Positions 1 to 19,700 of a stretch of DNA of 64,000 nt are shown piece after piece. The stretch is taken from the NCBI RefSeq assembly GCF_009914755.1, contig NC_060943.1; one strand, 5' to 3'. Position 1 is the stretch's first letter, and each line of letters starts with the position of its first letter. The DNA comes from the human T2T-CHM13v2.0 reference genome, Homo sapiens. The notes beneath the pieces are model-generated. The model saw nothing but the letters and a program-made list of their open reading frames with translations. It was not told the origin of the DNA and did not search any database. The position numbers and the translations under genes were made by a program.

Positions 1-154
1 AAGATTCTTCATCAGAGGGAAGAGGACTTCCAGCTCCATCTGGGACCTGATGAGTCCCAACCTGTGGCTGAGAATTAAAGGGCATGATGCCCATGAAACG
101 CTCAGGCTGGAAGGGGCAAGACTCAGATTTACTCTATAAGAGAATGCCAGGGCC

Positions 155-530
<376 letters not shown>

Positions 531-901
531 TCACCTAGGACCTCTCTGGCGGTCCCAGTAAAAGCTTCAGGTGTCCCTAACCACCCAGCACCCCCTGACC
601 ACAGAAAGACCTCATCCCACCCCAAAACTTTCTCAAACATCTGTACCGCCCTCAGATGCCCCAATCATGACTCATGATCCCCTCTAACAATCTCTACCCC
701 GTTGGAAAGTCTCGTGGTCCCTTAGCTCCTTGGACCTGATAATAGCCCTGTCTCACTCCACAATTTCCCCGAGCCTGGCGATAGCTTGGGACCGCCTCAG
801 ATGACCCCAGGGACTAGCTTGTCGCATGTCACGACCTCCCAGTGCTCCCCAACCCTGCTGGACCCCCTACCAACATCCATTTCACACAAGATCCCCCCCT
901 A

Positions 902-1369
<468 letters not shown>

Positions 1370-2320
1370 CTAGAGGGTGAAACTGAGGACGACTGCGATC
1401 AGTGCAGACAGATTTCGCTAGTCCCAGCTCAGGGAGTCCTAGGTTAGGGACTACTAGAGGCGGGGACTATCTACTAGGGGAGGGGCCAGGCTCAGACTGG
1501 GACGGGCGGGACTCCAGTTGATAGGAGCAAGACATGACGAAACAATGACTGGGGGGCGGGGCATGGCGGGGATGTGGCCACACCCAGTGTCAGAATCTGC
1601 ATAGCGAGTGGTCATGCCCTGTGGTCAGTCACCAAGCTGGAGTCTGAGCAGCGTGCTACTGTTTTGGGCCGTGGACAGGATCAGGGGCGGGGATTATCGG
1701 GAAAGTGACCAATGACAATACGAGAAGCTCAGCGGGACGTGGCCTCTGTTCACCCCGCGGCTGTCCCACGCTCTAGGCCGGATGAAGTACACAGGCGCTT
1801 GACTTGGGGGCGTGGCTAGAATTGGAGGCATAACCTAAAAGGGACTTGACCAATCTGAGACTGTATAAGGGATGAAGGGGCGAGGCCGTGCCTGGATCTA
1901 CCCCTGACAGGCCACAGGTTCGGGGGGCGTGGTCAGGCTTGCTGTTTCGCGGAGTCCGGGCCAATCCTGGTGTTAGCTTCCAAGTAGGGAGGGGACAGTA
2001 TCGAAGGTGTGACCAATCTTGTTTCCAGAGCCTGAGTTGCGCGAGCCGCCAAAGGATGTGGCCAGCCTGGGGGCGTGGCTGTCAAGATCTTGTCCAATCC
2101 TAGAGTGAGCCCAAACTCAGGGGCGGAGTTTCATGATCCCGGAACCGGTGGTAGTGTTTGGGTTTGAGGAGAGCACGACCCAGCCCTCTGGGGTGGGGTC
2201 TAGCGGGGTCAGCGACCAATCGCGCCGAGGTCTAGTGGGGCGGGGCCCTCCCGGGGGCGGGGCCTGTGCCAGTTCCGGGCCGCCTGGGGGCGTGGCCGGG
2301 CCTGTACAGCAGCCTGGGCC

Positions 2321-2511
2321 ATGTCGGCGCCGCCGGCCCTGCAGATCCGGGAGGCAAACGCACACCTGGCAGCCGTGCACCGGCGCGCAGCGGAGCTGGA
2401 GGCGCGGCTGGACGCGGCGGAGCGCACGGTGCACGCCCAAGCCGAGCGCCTGGCCCTCCACGACCAGCAGCTGCGCGCCGCCCTAGACGAACTGGGTCGC
2501 GCCAAGGACCG
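2321..2511 (+). CDS. VMAC: Vimentin-type intermediate filament-associated coiled-coil protein, coding exon 1
   Basis: ATG 2321, [30 protein letters not shown]...AKDR with coiled-coil heptads. Donor G|GTGAG at 2511/2512; 191 nt, phase 2. Confidence 0.95.
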
Positions 2512-2836
2512 GTGAGGCCCGGGGCCGGCCAGGTGGACTTCACCGAGGCGGTAGGCGGAAGCAGAGCCGAGGCTGGAAAGCGAGGAAGGGCAGGGGGAAC
2601 CGTGTGCACTTGTATAGACGCTAGACTGAGTATCGGATTGATAAAAACACCAAAAAACTCGAATTAGTAATCAGTATGTAAAGTTGCGAGAAGTGACACA
2701 GGTGTGGACCTCTAACTTCAAACAGGCCCACTTTCCCACAGGTGCTGAGCGACGCAGGGACCACAGACCGCCCAGCGTAGGCATTGGGAGCCATAGCAGG
2801 CTCTTCAGCAGGGGAGGAGGGGATCATATCAGCATT

Positions 2837-3699
<863 letters not shown>

Positions 3700-3814
3700 C
3701 ATATCAGCATTGTTGAAGAGTCCCTCTGACAGCTGAGGATGAAAGAGATGAGACAGGCACCCAGGGAGGTGGGAGGAGCTGGGTCCCAGGTGGGAACTAT
3801 TACTTCAGAGCTAA

Positions 3815-5505
<1,691 letters not shown>

Positions 5506-5506
5506 A

Positions 5507-6589
<1,083 letters not shown>

Positions 6590-6917
6590 GCCCGGAATGC
6601 AGATTACAGAATGGAGACAGAAAGCCACTGCTGTCAGTGTCCTTGGGAGTCACCAGCACCCTGCAGGGGGACCCTACGGCAGAGCCAAAGTCCTGTCTAA
6701 GCATCAGAACAGGCTGAACAGTCAAAAAGTTTTCAAATAGGCCCACAGGCCAGGTGCAGACGTTTAACCCAGACAGAAGTGTTCTTGTTTGTTTTTAAGC
6801 TTTGAATCAGTCACCCTTGCTAAAAACCTGGCAATGCAAACACAAAGATCTGGATTTCTGGCAAGACTTGGCCAAGCTTGCCTGGAGTTCAGGGCACCCT
6901 CTTTAGCCAGGGTGTGA

Positions 6918-7235
<318 letters not shown>

Positions 7236-7666
7236 CTAGCCTAGCTTTTGTAGCATGCAACTGTCTCCTTTTTATACGCCCTAAAGAATATATTTTTGAA
7301 CTCCTTGTTTCTGCGCTGTCCTTCTTAGCCCAGGACATTCAGGGTGCTTTGCTTGTTGTCAAACCAGGGAAAGGAGAAAACTCCTGTGCCTTTCTGGGCC
7401 AGCCTGTCACCCTGGCCTGGTCGGCAGCCATTCCCCTACCTCCTCACTCAGGGAACTGTCACACCAGGAACCGGCGAGGGGCACAGCCTGTTTCAGACCA
7501 GAAAGGTCGGAGGCCACCCACGGCCTTCAGGATGGCGCCCGCCTGCCTGCCTGGCAACAGTGACCCCTCAGTGCAGTAACAATGGGCCCATTTTCTCCTC
7601 TGGATGAACAAGGAGGGGGGTTGTTCGTACAAAGGAAAGGCAGGCTGGGGCCTGTCTGTGCTCAAG

Positions 7667-7672
7667 AATAAA
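7667..7672 (+). terminator. VMAC: Probable VMAC polyadenylation signal
   Basis: First AATAAA I could find after the stop, followed by a GU-rich tract (tctgtgttatttgtg, ~7711-7725). Confidence 0.75.
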
Positions 7673-7867
7673 CCGGATGATTTCCTGGCCTGGGGGCAAG
7701 AGGGAGGCCCTCTGTGTTATTTGTGCCTCCTGGTAGGGTCCTGCTGGGCCAGGTAGAATCTAGGGAGTGTAGGCCAAGCACTCTCTACAGCGATTGCATC
7801 TAATCTTCGAGTTTCCCTGTAGACACAGGCTTTGTCCTCATTTTACAGCTGTGGAAAGTGAGGCCCA

Positions 7868-8818
<951 letters not shown>

Positions 8819-9113
8819 GAAATTCTTACTAAACATTTACAAATGAGATGCCAAAACAGCACTTCAGTAATAGTGGTTATATTTTATAGTTCTCTACACA
8901 GAAAAAAAAATGCTGCTTGTAACACTCATAGACATGAAAGTATTTCTCTGCCTATTTAAATAATTCTGGATTGCAGTGAGCCACCAGGATTTTGGCAGCC
9001 AGATGTCACCATGATTTCTCATAAAACTGATGATGTTACATCAGTGGTGGCCTGAATCAAGATGCTGGGATGCCTGTAACCTACAGATTGGTTTCAGACT
9101 CCAAAGGCAACTT

Positions 9114-10367
<1,254 letters not shown>

Positions 10368-10740
10368 TAATTGTGCTGTGAGCGAGGTAAAGCCAGGCTT
10401 GGAGAAGGCTCCGATTGATGATCCTTGGGTCGGGGCGAACAGTGGGTCCTCAAACAGGGCCCACGTTTCAAGTCCTGGAAAACCCACCTATCTTAGCGGG
10501 CAGGTATATCCGATGTCTCCGTTGAAGGCCTTCAGTGAGGTGGCTTCGTCTCTTGAGGTTTATGTCCAGGATCAGGGCTGCTCTTCCACTCGGGGTCACA
10601 ACCTCTGGCTCACCACCTTGTCAGGAGCCAGCCCACTAAGTCACGTTTCAGGCCTGAAAACCAACAACAAAAGATCCGTAAAGACAGAAATCCTGGGACT
10701 GGCTCCTAACAACGGCCAGTGACAAGCTTTGTGGCAGTGA

Positions 10741-11297
<557 letters not shown>

Positions 11298-11513
11298 GAA
11301 CCTGGGGCCCTTTTGAACTTTGATTCCTCAGCAATTTTGTCAGCCCTGGCTCGGGCTGAGAAGCCCCTGTGAAGCCAGAGAGGGAAAGGGACCTGTCCAG
11401 GGTCACACAGGAATCATGCGTCAAGCCTCCCCAGCCACGGACTTGTCTCCATCCAGGGCATTTCAGCCCCTGCAGGGCAGTGGCCTGCCCCTCCTCCTTG
11501 GAGCCAGGAAGGG

Positions 11514-11749
11514 ATGCAGTGCCACAGGGATCTGGCTCTGTCCCAGGCCCTGTGGGGCTGGCAGTTGAGTAAGCAGTCAGGCTGGGCGCACCCATCCCTC
11601 CCCCACTCCCCACTGCCCAGCACAGTGCATTCATGCAGCTGGGCCCCACCCCATCTCCAGAGGCACCTTCCACTAGCAACAGTCTCCCCAGGCACAACAC
11701 AGCTAACACAAGGCCCCGCAGGCAGGACTCTGGGACAGACGCAGGCCAG
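11514..11749 (+). CDS. CAPS: CAPS exon 1: 5'UTR of the 189-aa form / N-terminal extension of the 275-aa form
   Basis: ATG 11514 (MQCHRDLALSQ...); donor AG|GTGAG at 11749/11750. Splicing to the acceptor at 11825 keeps frame (236+22=258 nt) into the main ATG. Confidence 0.6.
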
Positions 11750-11846
11750 GTGAGCATCTGAACAAGGGGCAGTCGGCCAGGGTGGGCTTGCGGGAGTCCC
11801 CACCTTGACCTCTCTCCCTTCCAGCTGCCCAGAGCCCAGACCAAGC

Positions 11847-11929
11847 ATGGACGCCGTGGATGCCACCATGGAGAAACTCCGGGCACAGTGCCTGTCCCGC
11901 GGGGCCTCGGGCATCCAGGGCCTGGCCAG
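11847..11929 (+). CDS. CAPS: Calcyphosine (EF-hand Ca2+-binding protein), coding part of exon 2 (exon starts 11825)
   Basis: AGCATGG Kozak context; [28 protein letters not shown]; donor GT at 11930. Confidence 0.96.
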
Positions 11930-12002
11930 GTGAGCTGTCCCCTCTCACCTTCCTGACCCCGGCCCCTGAGACCACTGTTCCAACCGTGTCCCCTGCCTCC
12001 AG

Positions 12003-12180
12003 GTTTTTCCGCCAACTAGACCGGGACGGGAGCAGATCCCTGGACGCTGATGAGTTCCGGCAGGGTCTGGCCAAACTCGGGCTGGTGCTGGACCAGGCGG
12101 AGGCAGAGGGTGTGTGCAGGAAGTGGGACCGCAATGGCAGCGGGACGCTGGATCTGGAGGAGTTCCTTCGGGCGCTGCGG
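12003..12180 (+). CDS. CAPS: CAPS exon 3 (EF-hands 1-2)
   Basis: [18 protein letters not shown]...[19 protein letters not shown], two canonical EF loops; AG 12001-12002, GT 12181. Confidence 0.97.
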
Positions 12181-12379
12181 GTGAGCCCCCACCTCACAGT
12201 CAAGGCGTGTGCCCTGGGCATGGGGCGACAGAGGATGCTGAGATGCGGAGACGGGGACTCCTCCCTAAGAGCTGCTGTTAAGAGGCGCCTGCTGGGGCAT
12301 ACAGCCCCAGTGCTCTGCACAGCGTCTTGGGGGTTTGGGTGTGCTACCCACCACCCCCAGTCACCACCTCCTGTCCCAG

Positions 12380-12586
12380 CCCCCCATGTCCCAGGCCCGG
12401 GAGGCTGTCATCGCAGCTGCATTTGCCAAGCTGGACCGCAGTGGGGACGGCGTCGTGACGGTGGACGACCTCCGCGGGGTGTACAGTGGCCGTGCCCACC
12501 CCAAGGTGCGCAGTGGGGAGTGGACCGAGGACGAGGTGCTGCGCCGCTTCCTGGACAACTTCGACTCCTCTGAGAAGGACGGGCAG
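12380..12586 (+). CDS. CAPS: CAPS exon 4 (EF-hand 3)
   Basis: [31 protein letters not shown]...DSSEKDGQ; AG/GT boundaries, 207 nt. Confidence 0.97.
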
Positions 12587-12660
12587 GTGGGTGGCTGCGC
12601 GGGGGGCCCCCTCCCCAGGCAGTTCCTCGGCCGTGCCCCCTCACGGCCCTCTGTTCCCAG

Positions 12661-12762
12661 GTCACACTGGCGGAATTCCAGGACTACTACAGCGGCGTGA
12701 GTGCCTCCATGAACACGGATGAGGAGTTCGTGGCCATGATGACCAGTGCCTGGCAGCTGTGA
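12661..12762 (+). CDS. CAPS: CAPS last coding exon
   Basis: [36 protein letters not shown]; total CDS 83+178+207+102=570 nt = 189 aa + stop. Confidence 0.97.
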   Translation, partial: VTLAEFQDYYSGVSASMNTDEEFVAMMTSAWQL

Positions 12763-13227
12763 GCAGCTCCGGCTCAGCCCTGCTGCCCTGGCCTGTCACT
12801 CCCCACCCCTGCCGGAGACCTCCCTTCCCTGGGCCCCTTCTCTCCTGGGCAGCCACACCACAGAGCGGGGAGGGGCAGGTGGGGGAATGGAGGCTGCAGG
12901 ACTGGCTAGACCAGGTCCCTGCCGGTCCACCAGGCGGAGGTGGGACAAAGGTCCTAACAGGAGTCACTGGCTCAGGACCCCAGGGAGAAACGCTCTCCCC
13001 ACCCACGCCATGCTGACCAGAGGTCTTGCAGCCCCTGTGGATGCCCCCGCCGAGGTCCCCCGATCCCCGCACCCGGACTGCTGCTCCCTGCCCCTCCCTT
13101 GCGGGTCCCCCAGGAAGCCAGGTGACCCCAGGTGGGAGGCTGTGTGTGGAGGCCATCCTGGAAGGAAGTTTAGACCTGCCCAGGTGTGGAGCGAGGGGCA
13201 CAGGGGCATCCTAACCTCAGAAACTGA

Positions 13228-13297
13228 AATAAAGCCTTTGAAAAAAAAATCTGTAAAACATCAACCCCCAATCAGAAGATGGCAAATGGGGAATAAA
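13228..13297 (+). terminator. CAPS: CAPS polyadenylation signals (two AATAAA)
   Basis: AATAAA at 13228-13233 and 13292-13297. Confidence 0.75.
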
Positions 13298-13591
13298 AAT
13301 AGCAGGTAACACGTCCAGCGGGCCCAGTGTCTACATTCTGGTGAGCGGCCCGAGGCTGGGAGCTCTGGGCGGGGGCAGACCGGCGGGGCCTTGCAGCAGG
13401 GGTGGGGGTAAAGTGCGGGTGGTGGTGGAGAGAACAGGGCTGTGGCTGGACCCCAGCACTGGTGACACGCTGGGTGGGAGCATGAGGCCCCAGGCTGCTG
13501 GAGGTCCTCGCCCGGGGAGGTGGAGGCCGTTCCTGGTCAGGGGCTTCCTGAGGCCCCTGGGGCATGCAGAGGCCAGGGTTTTAGTTAAAAG

Positions 13592-13597
13592 TTTAAT
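13592..13597 (-). terminator. RANBP3: RANBP3 polyadenylation signal (ATTAAA)
   Basis: TTTAAT on + = ATTAAA on -, in an AT-rich patch with upstream TGTA motifs (minus strand, ~13609-13633), about 1.45 kb after the stop. Confidence 0.75.
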
Positions 13598-15049
13598 GTA
13601 GTTCCCAAATACATTTCATATGACAATCTTACATAAATGTTCCAAAACACATGGGCGTTATCTCGTTGTACTCGTCACTAGCTGGCTAAGGCTTAAAGCA
13701 GAGACGTGTGACTGGGTCTCTCGGGAGGGCCTCTGGTTCTTCCCGGGCTCAGGCTTGCTGGGGGCTGGGGGCCAGGGCTCTGGCGACCTAGAGGTGTGGA
13801 CGGCACAGCTGCAGGAGGCCTTCTCTTAACCCTCCGAGAGTGGGACTGGGAGATTTCCTCTGAAGTCCCAAAGAGGCCCTGTGCCCAGGGGACCTCCTCC
13901 TCGGCCTCCCAGGTGGGTGGTGCAAGCTGGCTCTTGGCCATGCTCCAGGCTCGGGTGGGCACAGGCGTCCACTCCAGTGTGCTGCGTGCTTGTGAGACTG
14001 CCTGTTCTGGGACCAGCCCCTGGGCTCTTCCACCAAGATTTGGTGAGGGTCCCCCTCTGCCTCTCACAGAAGCCCCTGGCCCTGGACTGTCCTGGGGGCA
14101 GGGACACCTGTGGCTGGGGAAGGGATGGCCAACAGCGGGAAGCAGTTTGCGCCTGGTGCCTGATGATGGTGAACCACGTGACAGATGGAGACGGGAGTCA
14201 GGGGACCCTGGGGACCCTTCCAGGTCCAGTGACCTTTTCCCAGACAGGCACTCTCCAGGCCTAGGACAGACAGGGCCCCAACTCCTCATCACCCCATGAC
14301 TTGGCCTGGAGGAACCTGGGGTGGGAAACAAGTAGTCCCCCAACCTCAGAGGCCAGAACCACAGGTGGGGGACAGGGACCTCGACAGAGCTGTGCCTGCT
14401 CAACGCTCGAGAGCATCTTAACCTAAGAAACCAAAACAAAGCCTTCGAAAATAAAAAGAAAAAAAGATGTAAAATATACACCCCCAATCAGAGAGGGGAA
14501 GTGGGAAATGAAGATAGTAGTTAACAGCACGTCCAATGGGCCCAGTGTCTACACTCGTACGAGCAGCCCCCCAAGCTGGGCGGGGGTCCCAGGCCTATAG
14601 TTGGGGAGCCCTGGGCAGGGGCAGAGGGCTGGCTGCTCCCCACAAAGGCAGGGCCCCACAGCAGGGTGGGAAGGGTGTGGGTGGCGGAGAAGCCAGGGGC
14701 TCTGGCTGGACCCAGAGGCTGGCGACACGCGGGGTGAAGGAACGAGGTCTCCAGTCCCAGTGAGAAGCCGTGACAAGTCTTAATGTGCCATTTCAATTCA
14801 AAGGAGGGGAGGGAGGAAATGTTCTTGTTTGTTCGCTCATCAATATGATGAGGTCTCGTGTCCCAAACCACATTCAGGCAGTTCCCGAGTCTGCTTTTGA
14901 ACAGGACGTGCGGGTCCAGACTGTGGCCGGCCCAGTGGGGTGTGTGGTTCCCGGCCCCGCACCTGGACGCTGCCGGTGGGGTGGGGGCGGGTGGGCGGGT
15001 GGATAGACGGACAAAGCAGCAGCCTGGTGTGCAGCCGGGCTCCCGGCCG

Positions 15050-15093
15050 CTATGTGCTCCCGGTCGTCTGCCCGTCCCCTTCGTCACCAGCAC
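15050..15093 (-). CDS. RANBP3: Ran-binding protein 3, exon 17 (last coding exon)
   Basis: (G)AGDEGDGQTTGST-TAG. Exons 2-17 sum to 1682 nt; adding the expected 22-nt exon 1 outside the window gives 1704 = 567 aa + stop. Confidence 0.95.
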
Positions 15094-15233
15094 CTGCAGG
15101 GAAGCAGCAGCCCCGCATCAGGATGGAGCCCGCACTTCCCAGGTCTGGCCACCCCCGCCAGGAGATCAGCACTGGATCAAGGATGGCGGGCAGCTCTTTC
15201 TATCCCCCCCAGGGTAGGGACCACCCGACTCAC

Positions 15234-15420
15234 CAGCTGCGGTGGCCCCTGAAGGAGCCAGGACATCGTCATCGTCGCTGTCGTCCTCCTCGTTGGATGG
15301 GGCTGCCCCAGGCTCAGGCGCGGGCATCTTGGCCTCCTGCTCCTGCTCCACGCGGCTGCGCAGGGCCAGGATGCGGTGGTGCAGGGCTGCATACAACTGA
15401 CCTGTGTCCTTGGAGCTGGC
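15234..15420 (-). CDS. RANBP3: RANBP3 exon 16
   Basis: ASSKDTGQLYAALHHRILALRSRVEQ...EEDDSDDDDVLAPSGATAA; 187 nt, AG/GT. Confidence 0.96.
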
Positions 15421-15935
15421 CTGGGAAGGGAGGAGGGTATGAGACCCCCGGACCCCAGTCCTACCCCCTCCTGCCTTCTGCAGAACACAAGTGCCAAGTC
15501 CCAAGGTTCAGAGGTGACACTGCCACAAGGCCTTGTGGGGAGGCCATTGGCCCTGGGCCTGCCGGCCTCTCCCCGAAAGGATGCCACCACTCCCAGGTGG
15601 CTGGGAATATCCCAGAGGTCAGGGTTGGTGGACTCGACTGTGACACCATGACATAGGAGAGAGGTGACCGCCCCACAGGGCTGTTAGCCCTGAACACATC
15701 ACAACCCCTCAGCCAAACCCCAGCGGCTTCTCTGGGTTGAGAAGAGGACAAGGACCATGATCTCTATTCCTGAAGGCTGGGACTGGCGGGTCCCATAGTG
15801 CTTCTTGTGTCCCAGGAAGCAACTGAAGCCCCTCCCCCCTCCCCTCCCCACCGTCCTGCCTGATCTGTGTGCCCAGGAACCCCCACAGGGCTGGCAGGAT
15901 GAGGGGTCCCAGATGCACCCGCGTGGCTGGCTCAC

Positions 15936-16078
15936 CGAGATCAGGAAGACCTTCACGCCCTGGTCCTCGGTGTCCATGGCTGTGATGCGAATGCTCTTCT
16001 CGCTGGCCTTGTCGATCTGCATCTGGGCCCACAGCTTGGTGTTGAGGATCAGTCGCAGGCTCCCCTGGGTCCGCATCA
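15936..16078 (-). CDS. RANBP3: RANBP3 exon 15 (RanBD)
   Basis: VMRTQGSLRLILNTKLWAQMQIDKASEKSIRITAMDTEDQGVKVFLIS; 143 nt. Confidence 0.97.
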
Positions 16079-17056
16079 CTACAACCAACAAGGCCACTCA
16101 GCCCTGGCCCCCACACCGGCCCCCTCACAAACAGCCAGCTCCAAGAGCCAACACAGTCCAGATGGAAAGCGACATCACCGCGCAAAAGCCCATGATCCTC
16201 CCAGGACCCACCCACAGAGCAAGACTTCTCCCTGAGGCCAGCCCTGGCACACCTGCTCCCGGGGCGGGGCTCCTCCTCCCCAAGCCTGGACCACTGAAGG
16301 CCACAACTGCAGGTGGCTGCACAGGCTGGTGCTGCAGATCAGTGACCAGAGGCCACATGCAGCTTGTGGGAGGTTGTGTTTGGTCCACACAGGTGGGCAC
16401 CAGGATGGCAGTTCCCTTGGAGAAGGGGGGATTAGAGAGGAGTACGGGGTGGGCTGCGGGAGGCAGGGGCTGACACTCAAGGTGCATGCGCTTTCTGTGT
16501 GTGTGAGACATCGGCCTCCATGGGAGTCCACGTCCTCCTGACTGGCCTCCCCTGAGTGGGCCAGCCCTGCCCTCTGGTTTCCTTAGGAGAAGGCAGAGTA
16601 GGACCGCAGCTTAGCGCTTCCATGGAGAGGAGACGAGAGGACTGTGGGCAGCAGATTACGGAGGAAAATGGGAGGGCCCTGACTCTTCTAGAGGATGCAA
16701 CACCCCTGCGCCTGGCCTGGGCCCACCCCGTGGACTCAGCCAAGCCCCTACCTTCCTGCCAGCCGCCTCTCCCCACTGGAGCAGGCCTGGAGACGGTCAG
16801 AAACTTGTCCCCCTGCCCTGGCCCAGCGAACAGACCTCCCTGAGCCCAGGTGCCCACCTCAGAGGCCGAGTGGGAGAAAGACAGAGGTGATTTTGCTCTC
16901 CCTGAAGCTGGGGAGGGTACTGCTGCCACGGGGCTACAGGCTGATGACCCAGGCAGAGGGGATGACCTGGGGGCTCAGGGCTCTATGCCCTCTCTTTCCA
17001 TGGACATTTGAACATTTCCACGAGACAAAAGGAAAAACACAAGAAGACGTCCATAA

Positions 17057-18406
<1,350 letters not shown>

Positions 18407-18641
18407 TGACACTAAGAGGGTCACGGACGAGCTGGCAGCTGGAGCCAGTGTGTGAGGGTGGTGTTGAGGGCTGGGTGCAGGGAGGGGGTTTGGGGGGCGG
18501 CTCTCATGGGAGACCGACTCTGTGCCTTGACTCTCACAAGGGTAGGGTCAGGATCTCCCCCGCTTCATTCCCTTTGGAATTGCATAGTCCCCAGCCCTCC
18601 CCATGGGGACCCGGCCACAGCCCCCGCCGTCGGCAGCTCAC

Positions 18642-18762
18642 CTAGTCGGGACTGTAGTGTGCCGTCATCGGTGGACGCCATGTCATTGAGTCTGAGCAGC
18701 CCCCGGCCTCTCTCCACCCAGGACTGTGAGGTCTTGTCAAAGACAAACAGCTTGCACTGCAT
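18642..18762 (-). CDS. RANBP3: RANBP3 exon 14 (RanBD, WxERGxG motif)
   Basis: MQCKLFVFDKTSQSWVERGRGLLRLNDMASTDDGTLQSRL; 121 nt. Confidence 0.97.
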
Positions 18763-18959
18763 CTGGAACACAGTGGCCGCCGGTAAGCAGGGACCCCAGC
18801 TGGTGTCCTGCTGCAGCCACACCCTGAGAGTCGCCCTTTAGCCTGTGGGGACTGCCAGGGCCAGCCAACGACGGCCTGGGGGCCACCTTGGTCAGTTTTT
18901 TGTCCTGCCCTCAAGCTAGAACAGGCTTTACATTGTATAAGGGGTATCTGAAATTAAAA

Positions 18960-19700
18960 GAATCACTAAGGAAATGAAAAGCAAAACAACGGTGAGAAGC
19001 CTCTCTGCGCACTCTAGGACGGCTATACCCATGTGGGGAAGCTGGAACCCTCACACACTGCTGGCGGGAAGGCCGCATGGTGCCACTGCTGTGGAAGAGT
19101 CTGGCGGCTCCTCAAACTGCTTAACAAGGAATTACCACATGCCCAAGCAATTCCATTCCTCGGTATGTACCCAAGAGAAATGGAACATTTGTTCGTGTTC
19201 ACACACAGATCGCACATGAACGTGCACAGCACCATCATTCACGGTAGCCAAGTCTCAAGGAGGAATGGAGTGACACACATGGTCCGCCCCTACAGCGCAT
19301 CTCACTCAGTCTTAATAAAGAACAAGGCTCCGACCCCCGCTGCAACGTGGATGAACCTCTGGCTCAGCGAGAGAAGCCAGACACGAAAGGCCACATAGTG
19401 CGTTGATGCCATTTATATGAAATGTCAAGGACAGGCAAAAAACAGAGACAGGAAGTGGATCTGTGGCTGCCAGGGGCTGGGGAGGGAGGAGGAGTTACTG
19501 CGAATGGACAATGCTCTTTCTGGGGGAATGGGACAGTGTTCTTTTTGGGGGCAGAAATGTTGTACGTTAGATTCTGGTGAAAGTTGTCTGACTCTGTGAA
19601 TATACTAGAAACCACGGAATTGTATGCTTTAAAAGGATGGATTATATAGCATTTGTACTATATTTCAATACAGCAGTTTTGTATATATAAACAAAGAAAA
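18960..19700 (+). mobile_element. Ancient L1 (L1M-type) 3' fragment
   Basis: ORF2-end/3'UTR motifs: gaaccctcacacactgctgg, ccaagcaattccattcct, aagaagccagacac..aaggccacata, ccatttatatgaaatgtc. Confidence 0.8.

Noticed and set aside
13693-14487. 264-aa ORF in the RANBP3 3'UTR
   Set aside because: Low-complexity P/G/S/R composition expected from GC-rich UTR; no convincing start or homology.
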